A stretch of DNA of 63,130 nucleotides, the filler included, from Folioceros fuciformis (Eukaryota): NCBI GenBank assembly GCA_049999805.1. It is 20 parts of 20 records of this genome, joined end to end, with 100 filler letters (N's around TTAATTAATTAA, not from the genome) between each part and the next. Parts side by side here need not be neighbours in the genome. Positions count along the whole stretch, not along the records: positions 1 to 5,398 come from JBNGIO010000693.1; positions 5,499 to 9,835 come from JBNGIO010000695.1; positions 9,936 to 13,023 come from JBNGIO010000696.1; 17 more parts are not named here. One strand, 5' to 3'. Position numbers and translations under genes: made by a program. The notes under the pieces are model-generated. The model was not told the DNA's origin and did no database searches. It was given only the letters and a program-made list of their open reading frames with translations. Each line of letters begins with the position of its first letter. Position 1 is the first letter of the stretch. Of the stretch, positions 1 to 12,070 are shown piece after piece.

Positions 1-817
1 GCCCAAGATCGGGGCGCCCATGGCCAGACCTGGGACGTGCGTCAGAAACCGTCGTCCTGCTTCAAAAGCCAGCAGCTGGGAAGCGGGAGTAAAGATTCGT
101 GAGAGACCCACTTGGTAGAAGAAGGATCTCTGCCTGGCCACTGCCACAGCCAACTCATAGCTTGCATCACCCGTCTGCGGTTGCGGTTGTCCCCCGACCA
201 TCCCGCTGGTGTTTGCGAAAGCACGGAGGTTCAGGGCGTAAGGCTCATCCGAATTCCGCTGTCCCCACAGCTCAATGGTCTTCTGCTTCGCCCACTGCGG
301 CCTTACGCCGCGGAGCGGAGGCGCATCGATGATTTTCCCGTACAGTTCCTTGCAGTCGTTTGCATACTGAACCTGCTTCAGCAGACAGTGCTCAGCAACC
401 GTCACACATGCTCAAGACAACGAATCTACGGACGAAGTTTGCAAGGCTGAATCGCTTAGGGGACTCAGGCGATGGCAGTGCCAGATCCAGGCACAGCCTA
501 AAGGGGGAACGAGATGCTGCCCATCTGCCTCAGCTGCCAGAGGTAGCCAGCAGGACTTATACCTGGACCACAGCACACGTGGTCAAGACTCTCCATTCTC
601 CATGAACATGTTCCACGTGATTCACAGAAATGCACAGAACACCTCACTACCTCTTGATGGCTCGCGTGATGGCTTTCTCGTCCCAATACAAACATGGATG
701 TCGCTCCGCCTGAGAAAGGAAATCTAACAAGAGTTTGGCTGCTTCAATTAAATCCACGCTGACTTGTATTATTTGAGCAGACCTCCACTCGGCCTCTGGA
801 TTCCTCGTGCTCCCCAT
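1..817 (-). CDS. Glycine-rich domain-containing protein (GRDP / DUF1399 family), 5' part, runs off the window; possibly a pseudogene
   Basis: Manual splicing gives exons 817-651, 562-460, 372-112 and 29-<1: MGSTRNPEAEWRSAQIIQVSVDLIEAAK...RAIKRYKSCWLPL...LVPPLGCAWIWHCHRLSP VQYANDCKELYGKII...YELAVAVARQRSFFYQV. This matches recalled Arabidopsis GRDP1/2 motifs (VDLLAAAK, PPLDCEWxWHCHRLNPVRY, DLVxAVKRQSPFYYQV). Introns are 88, 87 and 82 nt; the intron 2 donor is CT, not GT. Confidence 0.9.
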
Positions 818-1430
818 GATTCCGTCGGCTCAGCCTAGATCTGGCTCAAACCGGAACTCCACAGAATCCTACACACCAATGCGTGGCCTCGGCGACCGCG
901 TTGTGAGCTCTGCAATGTCAGTGCCTGCAGAAGCACGATGGCGAGCAGACCCACGCGTGGCTCCCTCGAATTGATTGGAACAGGTTAGGCATCATCTACA
1001 GCACCATCTGTTGGAACTGTAGAGGACATCTCGTATGTAAAGGCTGGCTCCTTCGCTTTGGCTTGGACTGCCAGCCTTCCTACACTCTTTCACCAAAGGG
1101 TCGTTGGCTTCCACGACGTTCCCGAACAGCGCCCCTTCTGCGTCTCTTCCATCCTGTTGGCGATCCCGTTAACGCACTTCAAGTCATACCGTTCAAACCC
1201 GTTTCGAGACCAGTCGGAGCATGTAGAACGGTATTATTAAAGACTCCTATACCTGTCTGGAAAATTACAATAAAATCATCTCATGCGAGTTCCTCCTCCA
1301 GACATTAAAACCCATTCATCGAAAGGAAGCTAACCAACCTAAGCCCTGTGTATGAAAAGGTGGCTAACTAAGTACTGTACTCGACATCCTTCATGGTGGA
1401 CAAGGCAGCGCGTTGTCGCGGTGGTCAGAG

Positions 1431-2782
1431 TCAGAGATAACGCGTGAGGCCCATTGCTATGAACGTGGAAAAGATCAAGTCGCGTACTTCTGGTTTGTTC
1501 CCCACACCTAGAAAGTGGAGGACTCCAAGCTTCTCAAGCTGTTCGTGCCTGTAGAGGGCAAGGACCTCTCCTGTAGCCTCTACGAAGCAGTGGTAGTAGA
1601 CCTGGTGCTCTTTCTTGCGACCCTGCAGACGCAGTCGTCCAACTCTCTCCCTGTCGAGCCCTAGGATCTGTGTTTGGCTGAAAGTGAGGAGGACATCATA
1701 ACGCTGCGCTTTGTATATTCTAGCGGAAGCTTGACCATTCGACCGGTTCCGATAGTGTTTACTCACGAGTAAGCTGCCCACTTCAGCCGGGCTGAGTCCC
1801 AAGGGAGACTCCATCGTGACACTGGTCACCGTCCCGTGCAAGGAACCATTGAAGGAGATGAACACCGTTTGCTCCTTGTATCCTGAAATATTTTGCTTCT
1901 CCTCTGGCTGGCGGATGTAGTACACTCCTGGCGTTCCCTTCTCCAACTTTGCCGCTAACCTCTTGGCTGTCAACCAGGAGTTCGGATTATTGAGCTGGGT
2001 CGTGACGGTGTATACCTTCGGATTCGTCTTGCTGGAGTCCGAGACGGTGAACTGAATGGGTTGCCCTCTCTCGATTTTAGATTCGAGGTTGAGGGGCGTC
2101 ACTAGTTCCAGCCTGTTCATCCCCTGGTCACCCGACATGTTTCGCGGTGGCTCCGGATCCTGGCCATGCTGCTGGCCCGCTTTTGTACCCTGGCGCTAAC
2201 CACGGTAGGAACACCACTTCAGCTACCAGCTATCAGCTCATTAGGGCAGCCAAGGTAAATTCGCAGCAGGTTCCTACCTGGAGGAAGCTGGACAGATCAG
2301 CTGCAACCTTCTGCGTCTCGTTCGATTGCCGTTGCACCCCCTGAATGCGCTCACTGTCGGCGCCTGACGAACAGCAGCAAATGAGGTAGAGGATTCCTTG
2401 TAAACTATTATGGAGACGGTAAACCAGGGCGAAGATTTTGGATGCACATATCCGGGCCCTAAGCAGCAGCCGCTCTCTGTCTCCTTGGTCGTTGAAAGTG
2501 TTCTGCAAGAGGCACGCTTAGCAATAGCAAGCCAGTGAACCGAGCACTTGCTCCAGGGAGCAATCTCCTGTAAATTTGCAATCTCCAAGATGCACATGTG
2601 GCCTTCACCTTCCAAAGGTCGAGTTCATTTCGCAGTTGCATCGTGGCAGCCTTAAGGACAACATAGCTAGGCCGCATGGAGGCGGGGTCGGACACCATCA
2701 AAGCGTCCAAGTACGGCAGAGCTGCTGACAACGTGGAGACGATGTCTGGCACCAGCGTCTCGGCAACCACGACGGTGGCCAT
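1431..2782 (-). CDS. Unannotated 3-exon gene, 385 aa: helical N-terminal domain plus a beta-rich, possibly Tubby/LURP-like C-terminal domain
   Basis: Exons 2782-2609 (58 aa), 2502-2278 (75 aa) and 2189-1431 (252 aa + stop). Both introns are GT-AG and phase 0 (106 and 88 nt). They join three separate ORF-track entries into one open frame. Domain calls are inference only. Confidence 0.75.
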
Positions 2783-3567
2783 CCTGCACAGCTTCAGAGA
2801 AAGGCGGTGTGCGTCGTACTAGAACAGCCCTAGGGCCTTCCATCTCAACGTTGCCTACAACCAGGATGCCATGGTTGCTTGTAAGAGGCGAATCCTATTA
2901 GAAAATTCGATTCAACGTCATTCAGGCTTCACCAGGCACCGGGTCATTTCCTTTCGATCTCGAGGCATCTCAGGAGCTCTCGTCCGTACCTTTATCCTCT
3001 TCGAAAATCCGCCGTCTTTTTCTTCAAGCCAACGCGTATCCGATCTGGGACAGATGTCGTCTCGTACTGACAAGCCGACGTTTACAATGCACCAGTCCAT
3101 CCCGAGACGGAGGAGCTGGACGCCCTGACCGTACTCTGCGTCGCACAGCCTTACGCTTGAATCAATGAGATAGACCACCACCATTTGCATCTCAATTTCC
3201 TACGGTATGGAACGAGTGGCCGGTTTTCTCTCAGGCCCTACGGCCCTCCCCTTTTCTGGATGAAAGCAAGTGGCACTGCAGCTATGTTTGAGAGCCTCTC
3301 TAGGCGAGGTCTCCGGCGTAAGATATGGCAAGGCCAGAAAAGTGGACGCTTGGACCCTTCAGGCTGCCTAGCCATAAAAATCAGGTGGCCAGGTCTGGGT
3401 CGGTACGAATAGACATATATCTTAAATAAAATATTCACTCTGCGCCTGCCTGGAACCAAGTCCCGCTTCTTCGTCATCCGGGGGAAGAACCAAGTCCCGC
3501 TTCTTCGTGTTCCACGGCAGAGAGAGGTAAGTGTGTGTGTCTGCGTTCGTAAGCGGAGAAGGTTTGC

Positions 3568-3720
3568 CATGGATTTGAAATTGCGGGAGCCTGAGCCCCA
3601 TGGATTTAAAGGCTGCAGAGTCTAAGGCTCATGGATTTAAAGGCTGCTGGAGTCTAAGGCTCATGGATTTAAAGGCTGCTGGAGTCTAAGGCTCATGGAT
3701 TTAAAGGCTACTGGAGCTTG
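3568..3720. repeat. ~32-bp tandem repeat, about 5 copies
   Basis: Unit CATGGATTTAAAGGCTGCTGGAGTCTAAGGCT, degenerate at the edges. Confidence 0.9.
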
Positions 3721-4149
3721 GATAAGAAGGTCATGGAGGCAAGAAGGCACTATAGTGAATGGAAACTAAATGCACAAAGCGGCAGAAACAAAGAAGCCAA
3801 GGTACTCCTCTAGAGAGAAAAACCAAGGAGTGCAACCTTGCCATTGTCCTGGAAAACGAGGCATGTAATTATCTACCGTTGTCATCTATGCATTCTAGTT
3901 GCCACCTCACATTCCAAGTGACTTTCAGCTTATTCCCTTAGGAGGGAAAAACAAAGGCCTCAACCTAAGTGCATGCTTGGTCCTTCAACATGTATAAGAG
4001 GTTGTGATGGCCTACACTTAGGCTGTCCATCCATCTCTTGCATTTGGGCTATGAGCCACTTCACAGCCAACAAAGTATTTTGCATCCTCAAACACACCAT
4101 TGTGCATATACACACAATCCTAAATGTTCTTGCATCCTTGTTCCACACT

Positions 4150-4230
4150 CACTGATCCTTGCATGCTACATATCATTCTGTTTGCCTTACCAAGATAAAT
4201 AGAATGGTGTGTAGCATGCAAGGATTAGTG
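4150..4230. repeat. 34-bp inverted repeat (hairpin, 13-nt loop)
   Basis: 4150-4183 pairs with 4197-4230: 30 Watson-Crick pairs and 4 G-T pairs. Confidence 0.9.
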
Positions 4231-4325
4231 AAGATTGGAGAAAGAAACAAACATCCAAAGTCAAGATGTGAAGAAAACCTTGCATTGTAGCATTCTCATC
4301 AAATGTGGTCCGTAATGCACAAAAA

Positions 4326-4660
4326 ACACATCATTCTCTTTACCTCATTGAGACAAACAGAATGATATATAGCATGCAAGGGTTAGTGATGAGTAGAGAA
4401 AGAAATAAGCATTCAAAGTCAGGATATGAAAAAACCTTGCATTGGCAAGTTAAAATCCATGACAGGTATCAGGGTGAATCATTCGGTGGTACACATCATT
4501 CTCTTTTACCTTAGTGAGACAAACAGAATGATATATAGCATGCAAGGATTAGTGATGAGTAGAGAAAAGGATAAGCATTCAAAGTCATGATATGAAAAAA
4601 CCTTGCATTGGCAAGTTAAAATCCATGATAGGTATCAGGGTGAATCGTTTAGTGGTACGC
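4326..4660. repeat. ~165-bp direct duplication, with a partial third copy upstream
   Basis: ACACATCATTCTC...CAGGGTGAATC...GTGGT starts at ~4326 and ~4491. Confidence 0.85.
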
Positions 4661-5185
4661 GCGAGGTCAGCTCGGATCACCCTTGTCCATATAAGGAATT
4701 TGGTGGTATCACCGTTGTCCATGTAAGGAATTTAGTGGTACGCAAGGTTAGCTGGGATTACCCTTGTCCATGCAAGGAATTTGGTGGAACGCAACGTTAA
4801 CTGGGATTACTCTTGTCCATGTAAGGAATTTGGTGGAACGCAACGTCAGCTGGGATTACCCTAGTCCATGTAAGGAATTTGGTGGAACGCAACGTCAGCT
4901 GGGATTACCCTAGTCCATGTAAGGAATTTGGTGGAACGCAACGTCAGCTGGGATTACCCTAGTCCATGTAAGGAATTTGGTGGAACGCAAGGTCAGCAAG
5001 GATTACCCTTGTCCATGTAAGGAATTTGATGGAACGCGACATCAGCTGGGATTACCCTTGTCCATATAAGGAACTTGGTGGAACACGACATCAGCTGGGA
5101 TTACCCTTGTTCATGTAAGGAAATTGGTGGAACGCAACGTCAACTAGGATTACCCTTGTCCATGTAAGGAATTTGGTGGTACGCT
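4655..5185. repeat. 49-bp tandem repeat, about 10 copies
   Basis: Unit AAGGAATTTGGTGGAACGCAACGTCAGCTGGGATTACCCTAGTCCATGT at 4823, 4872, 4921, 4970 and onward. Confidence 0.95.
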
Positions 5186-5398
5186 AAGTGAGCTGACAAG
5201 GAGCGCCCATTTGGGGCACCACAGTGTAAGCAAATAAAGATTTGAAATGAGGTTTCAGTACCTAAACCCTACATAGTTCCAACAACTTGCTCTCGTAGAC
5301 ACAACGGGTAATCGGTCAAGCCTATACTATGTATTGTGCATGTGTGATGTCAGATACATGCACTGTATAGACTTGGGCACAAGGATAGGTGTTAGTGG

Positions 5399-5498
5399 NN
5401 NNNNNNNNNNNNNNNNNNNNNNNNNNNNNNNNNNNNNNNNNNTTAATTAATTAANNNNNNNNNNNNNNNNNNNNNNNNNNNNNNNNNNNNNNNNNNNN
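5399..5498. other. Artificial contig linker (first of 19)
   Basis: N44-TTAATTAATTAA-N44, with stops in all six frames. The others start at 9836, 13024, 14532, 16130, 20544, 26280, 27468, 28822, 30501, 32039, 35597, 37421, 40030, 43438, 45817, 50983, 58363 and 60981. Confidence 0.99.
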
Positions 5499-5992
5499 GT
5501 GACTGTGGCTGTCAATTGCACCGTGATTTTGTGGCGAAGGGGAGCGCGGTAGGGATGCCGGCTTCCCCTCAGCATCTCGGTGAAGGATTGTTGTGACCCG
5601 GATCAGGATGGGCGCGGCACATGTGTGAGTGATCTGGAGCGGTGCTTGTCATGCTTGGGTCGCGGTGTGTGCGTGCCATCCTGTAGCGGGTAGTTGCAAC
5701 TGAAACGAAACGAAAGGCACTTAAGTTGGAATAACGTTTCGGAATTCAAGCTGGAGTTTCGTTTCGAGTTTCTAGTTGGGGTTTCGTTTCGGTGTTAAAG
5801 TTGGAATAACGGTTCGTAGTTTTTAGGGTTCAGTTCTAGCATATTCTTTTTAATATCTTTTAGGCCTTTTTTTATTGTTTTTAGTGTAGTTTCTTTCTAT
5901 GCTTATAAACTCATAATGGGCTTACAATCTGTTTCCCTTGTGCTTGTAACTTTCAGCATCTTTTCTATTGTTTTTATTTCTTTCCCTTTTGG

Positions 5993-8900
5993 ATGGAAGT
6001 AGATGACATAGATGCTGATAGTGAATCAGATGTTAACATTAACACTCTCTCTGAGTCTTTATCTCATTTAGTGTTGTCTTCTGGTCCCATGAATCCATTA
6101 TTGGTGCAAGCACAAACACCTCAGATTTTCCCAATCATGGCTAGTTCTGCTCTTTCCATCCCTATTCCTTCAGTCGTTTCTTCTGGCTATGGGGGTGAAT
6201 TTAAAGAGAAAGACCGTTTTGATGGGAAACCTGCTAGGTATGAAGGTTGGCGAGCTCGTATGAAGGCACATCTGGATGCGCGTGATGTGTGGGAGTATGT
6301 TGACGGTACTCTACCCGATCCTCGCAAGACTCCAGTTACTGCTCCCAACCAACCAACTGCTAATGAGATTGCCAAGTAGAAGAAAGGGAACAAGACAGCC
6401 TTTGCTATTCTCCTCTCCGGCCTAGATGAACCTATGGTGACCGAGGTAGAGTACTTGGAATCTGCAGCAGCAGTGTGGAATCAGCTTAAGGAGACATATA
6501 AGGTGCAGAATATTCTTACTTTGGTAGCTGCTCGGAATGAATTTCATTCCTTACGTATGAAGGAGGGTGATTCGGTCGCTGCTCATATCAGCCGTTTCAG
6601 GCTTCTGCGGGCACAACTTACTTCTCTGGGGAGTGTTTTGGCCGAGAATGAGGCTGTTGTGCAGCTCCTTTCAAGTCTTCCTTCCTCCTACCAAAGTTTT
6701 GTTTCAACACAAAATGCAGCCTTACGATCTTCAGTAGCTGTTGTTTCTGCTGGCCAGGTGCAAACTCTTACATTCAGTGAGCTTGTTGGTGCACTTTTTC
6801 AAGAAGAGCAGTCCCGCCATCGGAGTGGGGGACAACCACAAAGAGCTAGGAGTGAGAAGGTGTTGTTCGCTGCCAGAGGAAAACCATTCGTGAAGAACAA
6901 AGGGAAGAAGGTTCCTGCCAATCCGGGAGCCCCCTCCACTAAGCGACAAGGCAATTGTCATTGGTGTCAACTTCCTGGTCATTGGGAGAGGGACTGTCGT
7001 AAGAAGAAAGCTGGAGAGCCAAAGAAGGAGGTTCGGCTGGAAGCTCATGTTGCTGCAAAGGACAAGGGCTCAGCAACCTCTTCTCGTAAGAGTAGCTCCA
7101 CAGTTCTTACAGTTTGCCTCACCTCTACTAGGAATGTTTCTTCTGCTTGGTATAATGATTCTGGGGCTACTTCTCATGTCTGCAACAATAGAAGTCTTTT
7201 CACTACTTATACACCACATACATCACCGCAGTTAGTTTATGTGGGGGATGCGAGAGGTGTAGATGTCAAGGGGGTTCGTACTGTTACCATACCATTGATA
7301 GGTGGTGAGGACATATTGTTAGAAGAGGTTTTGTACGTACTTGCTATGTCTAAGAACCTTCTTTCTGTAAGAGCCGCCACTAGGTTAGGTTGTTATGGCT
7401 TTACTTTTCAGCAAAGTAGTTGTTGCATGTTCAACCTAACTAACCCTGGTCATTGCATAGCACGTGGAGAGTTAGTAGATGAGTTGTACCAATTGCATGT
7501 TAACTCTTCAACTCCTCTGGTGTATGCCTTGTCTTCTTCGTTGGAGGCGAAACTTTGGCATGCTAGGCTTGGGCATGTTAATAAGGAGAAGCTGAACTTG
7601 ATGGCTTCTGTCAATTGCTTCCGAGAAAGGTTACCTTCGTGTTTTAAGAATCTTCCAGTTTGTAGTTCATGTGTGATGTCCAAGCAAAAGGAGCTACCAT
7701 TCAAGAACAAACAGGCGCAAAGAGCTCAAGTTGTTTTGGAGCTGATACATGCTGACATTGCTGGAAAAATCCAGGTCAAGTCTTTGGGTGGAGCAGAATA
7801 TTATCTCACTTTGACAGATGATTTTTCTCGGTATACTTGGGTGTTTCCTCTTCGACTAAAAAGTGATGTGTTTGGCTGTATTGAGTCTTGGATTTCCATG
7901 GTTCAGCGCCAAACAGGACAACTTGTGAAGTGTTTCCGTACTGATCATGGTGGAGAATTTTCTGGTCATTTGTATGATGACCTATTTAATTCTCTAGGTA
8001 TTGTGAGACAATTTTTAGTTCCATATACTCAGCAGCAAAATGGTGTTGCAGAAAGGAAAAATCAAACTCTCATGGGCATGACACGAAGTATGTTGAGTTG
8101 GGCTGGCTTACCTAAGAAGTTTTGGGCAGAAGCTATTTCAATTGCAGCATATATCCTAAATCGTGTGCTTACATCAGCTGTATTGGGCAAGACTCCCTAT
8201 GAGGTGTTTTGGAAGAAGAAGCCAAGTCTTCTTCATTTGAGAGTGTTTGGCTCCTTAGCTTATGCATATGTTCCTAAAAAGCGACGTCGTAAGCTTGACA
8301 ATCGTGCTAAGCCATATATATTTTTGGGATATTCAGAGACTTCCAAGGCATATAGGCTGTTTGATTCTCTTACCCATGAAGTTGTGTTGGCACGGAGTGT
8401 TGCTTTTGTGGAGCCAAGTACACCTAGGACTAGTCTTGTCACTGATCAGTTGGATTCAGTGGGGGTAGCTAATGCTTCAGCTGAAACAGATGGTTCTCCT
8501 TCTAGTTCTTCTAATGCTGAGCAACAGGATGATATTTCTTATGTACCACCTGCTGAGTATCCAGGGTCAGATGGTGAAGAGGGTATCGAATTACCTTTGT
8601 TAGATGTTACTCCTCTTGATGATGGACATGACGTGCCTGGACTTGTTGACTTGGGTGTAGATTCTCCTAGTGAAGGTGCTTCTGACGCTTCTGGTGATGG
8701 TGTTTTTGATAATCAGGATGATCCTGTAGTTGATGCAGCTCCAACTGTTGAGAAGCCTACTCCTTTAGCTGCTGAGCCTAGGTATCCTTCTCGTGAGCGG
8801 CGACCTCCCTCTCAATGGTTGGAACCTCCATACCAATCTATTGATTTTCGGCGTCCCCAAGCACATCATGTTGATTTGAAGGTTCCAGAGGTTCGTCCAG

Positions 8901-9835
8901 ATCCTCAATCTTATTCAGAAGCACTTCATGGCCCTGATGGTGAGAAGTGGAAGGTTTCCATTGCTGATGAGTACAACTCCTTGATCAAAAACCACACTTG
9001 GGAGTTGGCTGATTTGCCTGCTGGAAGGAAACCTATAAGTTGCAAGTGGGTATTCAAGACCAAGTTGAATGCAGATGGTTCTATTGCACGTTACAAGTCT
9101 CAGCTAGTAGCTAGGGGATTTAGTCAAATTCCCGGGATTGACTACGGCGATACCTTTTCTCCTGTAGTCAAGCCTCCCTCTATTCGTATTTTGATGGCTT
9201 TAGCTGCTGAACTTAACTTGGAGGTGCAACAGATGGATGTGTGTACGGCTTTCCTGCATGGTGAGTTAGAGGAGACATTATACATGGATCAGCCTGAAGG
9301 ATTTGTGGACAAACAACATCCTAAGAAGGTATGTTAGTTACTCAAGACGATCTATGGTTTGAAGCAGTCTCCCCGGGCTTGGTACAAGAGGATTATGAAG
9401 TATCTTAAGCAACTTGGCTTCCTACAGTCTCCTGCTGATAGCAATGTTTTCTTTCTCTCGGCTGGTTCTCAGTTTGTGATCCTTGCACTTTATGTGGATG
9501 ATTGTGTTTTGCTAAGCACTAGTTTGGAGCAGCTTGCAACTGTTAAGGATATGCTCCGCCGTGAGTTTGAAATGACAGATCAAGGAGACTTGCAATTCTG
9601 TTTGGGCATCCAAATCTTGAGAGACAGGTCAGCTGGTTGTATTACCTTGCATCAAACTAAGTATTTGAAGGAGATTTTGCATCGCTTTCATCTTCAAGAT
9701 GCGCGTCCTGTATCCACTCCCTCAGCAGTGGGGGTTAAGTTATCAGCTGAGGATTTCACTAGTGCCGATGCTGCTGAGATGGCAGCTGTACCTTATGCTG
9801 AGGCAGTGGGTTGTTTGATATTTCTCTCTAATTGG
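5993..9835 (+). mobile_element. Ty1/copia gag-PR-INT-RT, with in-frame stops at 6377 and 9335
   Basis: Gag Zn knuckle CHWCQLPGHWERDC, protease WYNDSGATSH, GAG-pre-integrase LWHARLGH, integrase TDHGGEF/QQNGVAERKN, RT QMDVCTAFLHG and LYVDD. Copia domain order. Confidence 0.97.
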
Positions 9836-9979
9836 NNNNNNNNNNNNNNNNNNNNNNNNNNNNNNNNNNNNNNNNNNNNTTAATTAATTAANNNNNNNNN
9901 NNNNNNNNNNNNNNNNNNNNNNNNNNNNNNNNNNNCTATCGTTTAAATGACGGGTAAACCCTAACGGGGTTTCTCCAAA

Positions 9980-11906
9980 CAAGTACATTACCCTGATTCT
10001 GATGGCGAGAATGATCTACCTACCTCGATTGGAGATGAGATTGGTGAAGAGACTGCAGTTGCACCACATGTTGCTCAGGGTGCCTTCGATCTTAATGATG
10101 AACACTCAGAGTCCACTGGTTCTCTCTAGGATACTGATGAGGTAATTGAACTGTTAGATGGTGAGTTCCCGGTTGACCAAGCAGTGGGAGTAGCTGCAAA
10201 CGAGCCTGCTGTAGTCTCTGAGCCTAGATACCCTACACAGGAGAGGCGTTCCCATGAACATTGGACAGAACCACCTTATAAGGCAATTGATTTTAGACAA
10301 GGTTTTCAGGCTCATGTTGCAGACTTCATAGTACCTGAAGTTCGTCCGGATCCACAAACTTATGATGAGGCTGTTTATGGCCCTGATGGTTCTCACTGGC
10401 GTGCGCCCATAGACGATGAATATGCTTCTCTCATCAAAAACAACACTTGGAAGCTTGTGGATTTGCCTGCAAGACGGAAACCTATTAGCTGCAAATGGGT
10501 GTTCAAAACAAAGTTGAAAGCAGATGGGACAATTGCTATATACAAGTCTTGCCTAGTTGCTCATGGTTTCAGTCAAATTCCTAGCATTGACTATGGTGAC
10601 ACGTTTTCTCCAGTGGTGAAGTCTCCCTTTGTTCGGATTCTCTTGGCAATGGCCGCAAAGTATGATCTGGAAGTTCAGCAAATGGACGTTTGTACTGCCA
10701 TTCTGCATGGAGAGCTAGAGTAGACCCTATATATGCAACAACCACCACAGTACATTAGCCCAGAGAATGCCAATAAAGTGTGCAAGCTGTTGAAAACGAT
10801 TTCTGGTCTTAAGCAGTCACCTCGAGCATGGTATAAGCGGATAATGAAGTATTTGCGCCAACTTGGTTTCCTGCAGCCGCCAGCAGACACCAATGTCTTT
10901 TATTTTGCTGTTGATTCGCTGTTTGTCATCCTTGCCCTGTATGTCGATGATTGTGTGCTTCTAAGCAACAGCCTTGATCAACTTCAGAAGGTGAAGGCTA
11001 TGTTGCGTCAAGAGTTTGAGATGTCTGACCAGGGTGATTTACAGTTTTGCTTGGGTATTCAGATCATGCGCAACCGTTCCCATGGTCAGATCATTTTGCA
11101 TCAAACAAAGTATATTAAGGAGATTCTAAAACGGTTCAATCTTGATGAGGCCCGACCAGTTGCCACTCCGAGCTCTGCAGTGGGGGAGAAACTTACCTCT
11201 TCTATGTCTCCTTAGAGTGATCTTGAACTTGAGGACATGCAACTTGTTCCATATGCGAAGGCAATTGGCTGCCTGATCTTTTTGGCAAACTGGACGCGAC
11301 CTGATATTAGTTACTCTGTCTCGATTGTCTCCCAGTTCTTGAAGTCTCCTAGACGGCAGCACTGGGCAGCAATTAAGAGCAATCTTAAAGGCACCATTTC
11401 TTATGGTTTGCAATACACTAGCAGTGGGAGTAATAGGTGTGAACTTACCTCCTTCGCTGATGCTGACTGGACTTCTAATGTTGACACCAGGAAGAGTTTA
11501 TCTGCATATTGTTTTCTCTTGGCTTTTGGTACCATCAGCTGGAGTTGCAATTAGCAGACTTCCTTGGCACTTTCATCCACTGAAGCTAAATATAATGCTC
11601 TCACTGATGCCTGTAAAGAATCAGTTTATGGATCCAGTTAATCAAGCTCAAACAAGTCCAACACTGCTGCTATGTGACAATATGAGCGCAATCGCCCTTG
11701 TCTCCAACCCTAGGTTTCATGCCAGAACCGAGCATATAGAACTCTATCATCACTATATAAGGGATGCAGCTGAACGAGGCATAGTCAAGGTTGAGTATGT
11801 TAGCACACATTTAAATACTGCAGACATATTTACTAAAGGGCTCTCCAAAGCCAAACACTTTCAGCACATGGCTGCTTTAGGTCTCAGGGAGTTCAGCTAT
11901 CCCTAG
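9980..11906 (+). mobile_element. Decayed copia RT-RNaseH, related to 5993-9835
   Basis: CKWVFKTK, QMDVCTA, LYVDD, FADADW, CDNMSAI..NPRFHART; contains stops and frameshifts. Confidence 0.95.
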
Positions 11907-12070
11907 CCTGGCACACTGTCTATCTACTGTACAGAATTGGTATTGGCGTTCTCTAGGGTTCTATGCACACCACACAGGGAGGTCAGCACCGTGGTGGCTC
12001 AGGCCACAACTTCTGTCAGGCCTCATACTTCATGTGAAGTAGCCTTAGGCACAGCACCACCCTGCACAAG

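Noticed and set aside
4655-5185. 49-bp array as a CRISPR array
   Set aside because: Units are head-to-tail with no unique spacers, there are no cas genes, and the context is eukaryotic.
5443-5454. Recurrent TTAATTAATTAA as a biological motif
   Set aside because: It is always centred in an identical 100-nt N linker, so it is an assembly spacer. Adjacency across linkers is not evidence of linkage.
6377-6379. In-frame TAG codons in copia as programmed readthrough or U-to-C editing sites
   Set aside because: They fall at scattered Trp/Gln-type codons and differ between copies, which fits mutational decay. Plant U-to-C editing is organellar.
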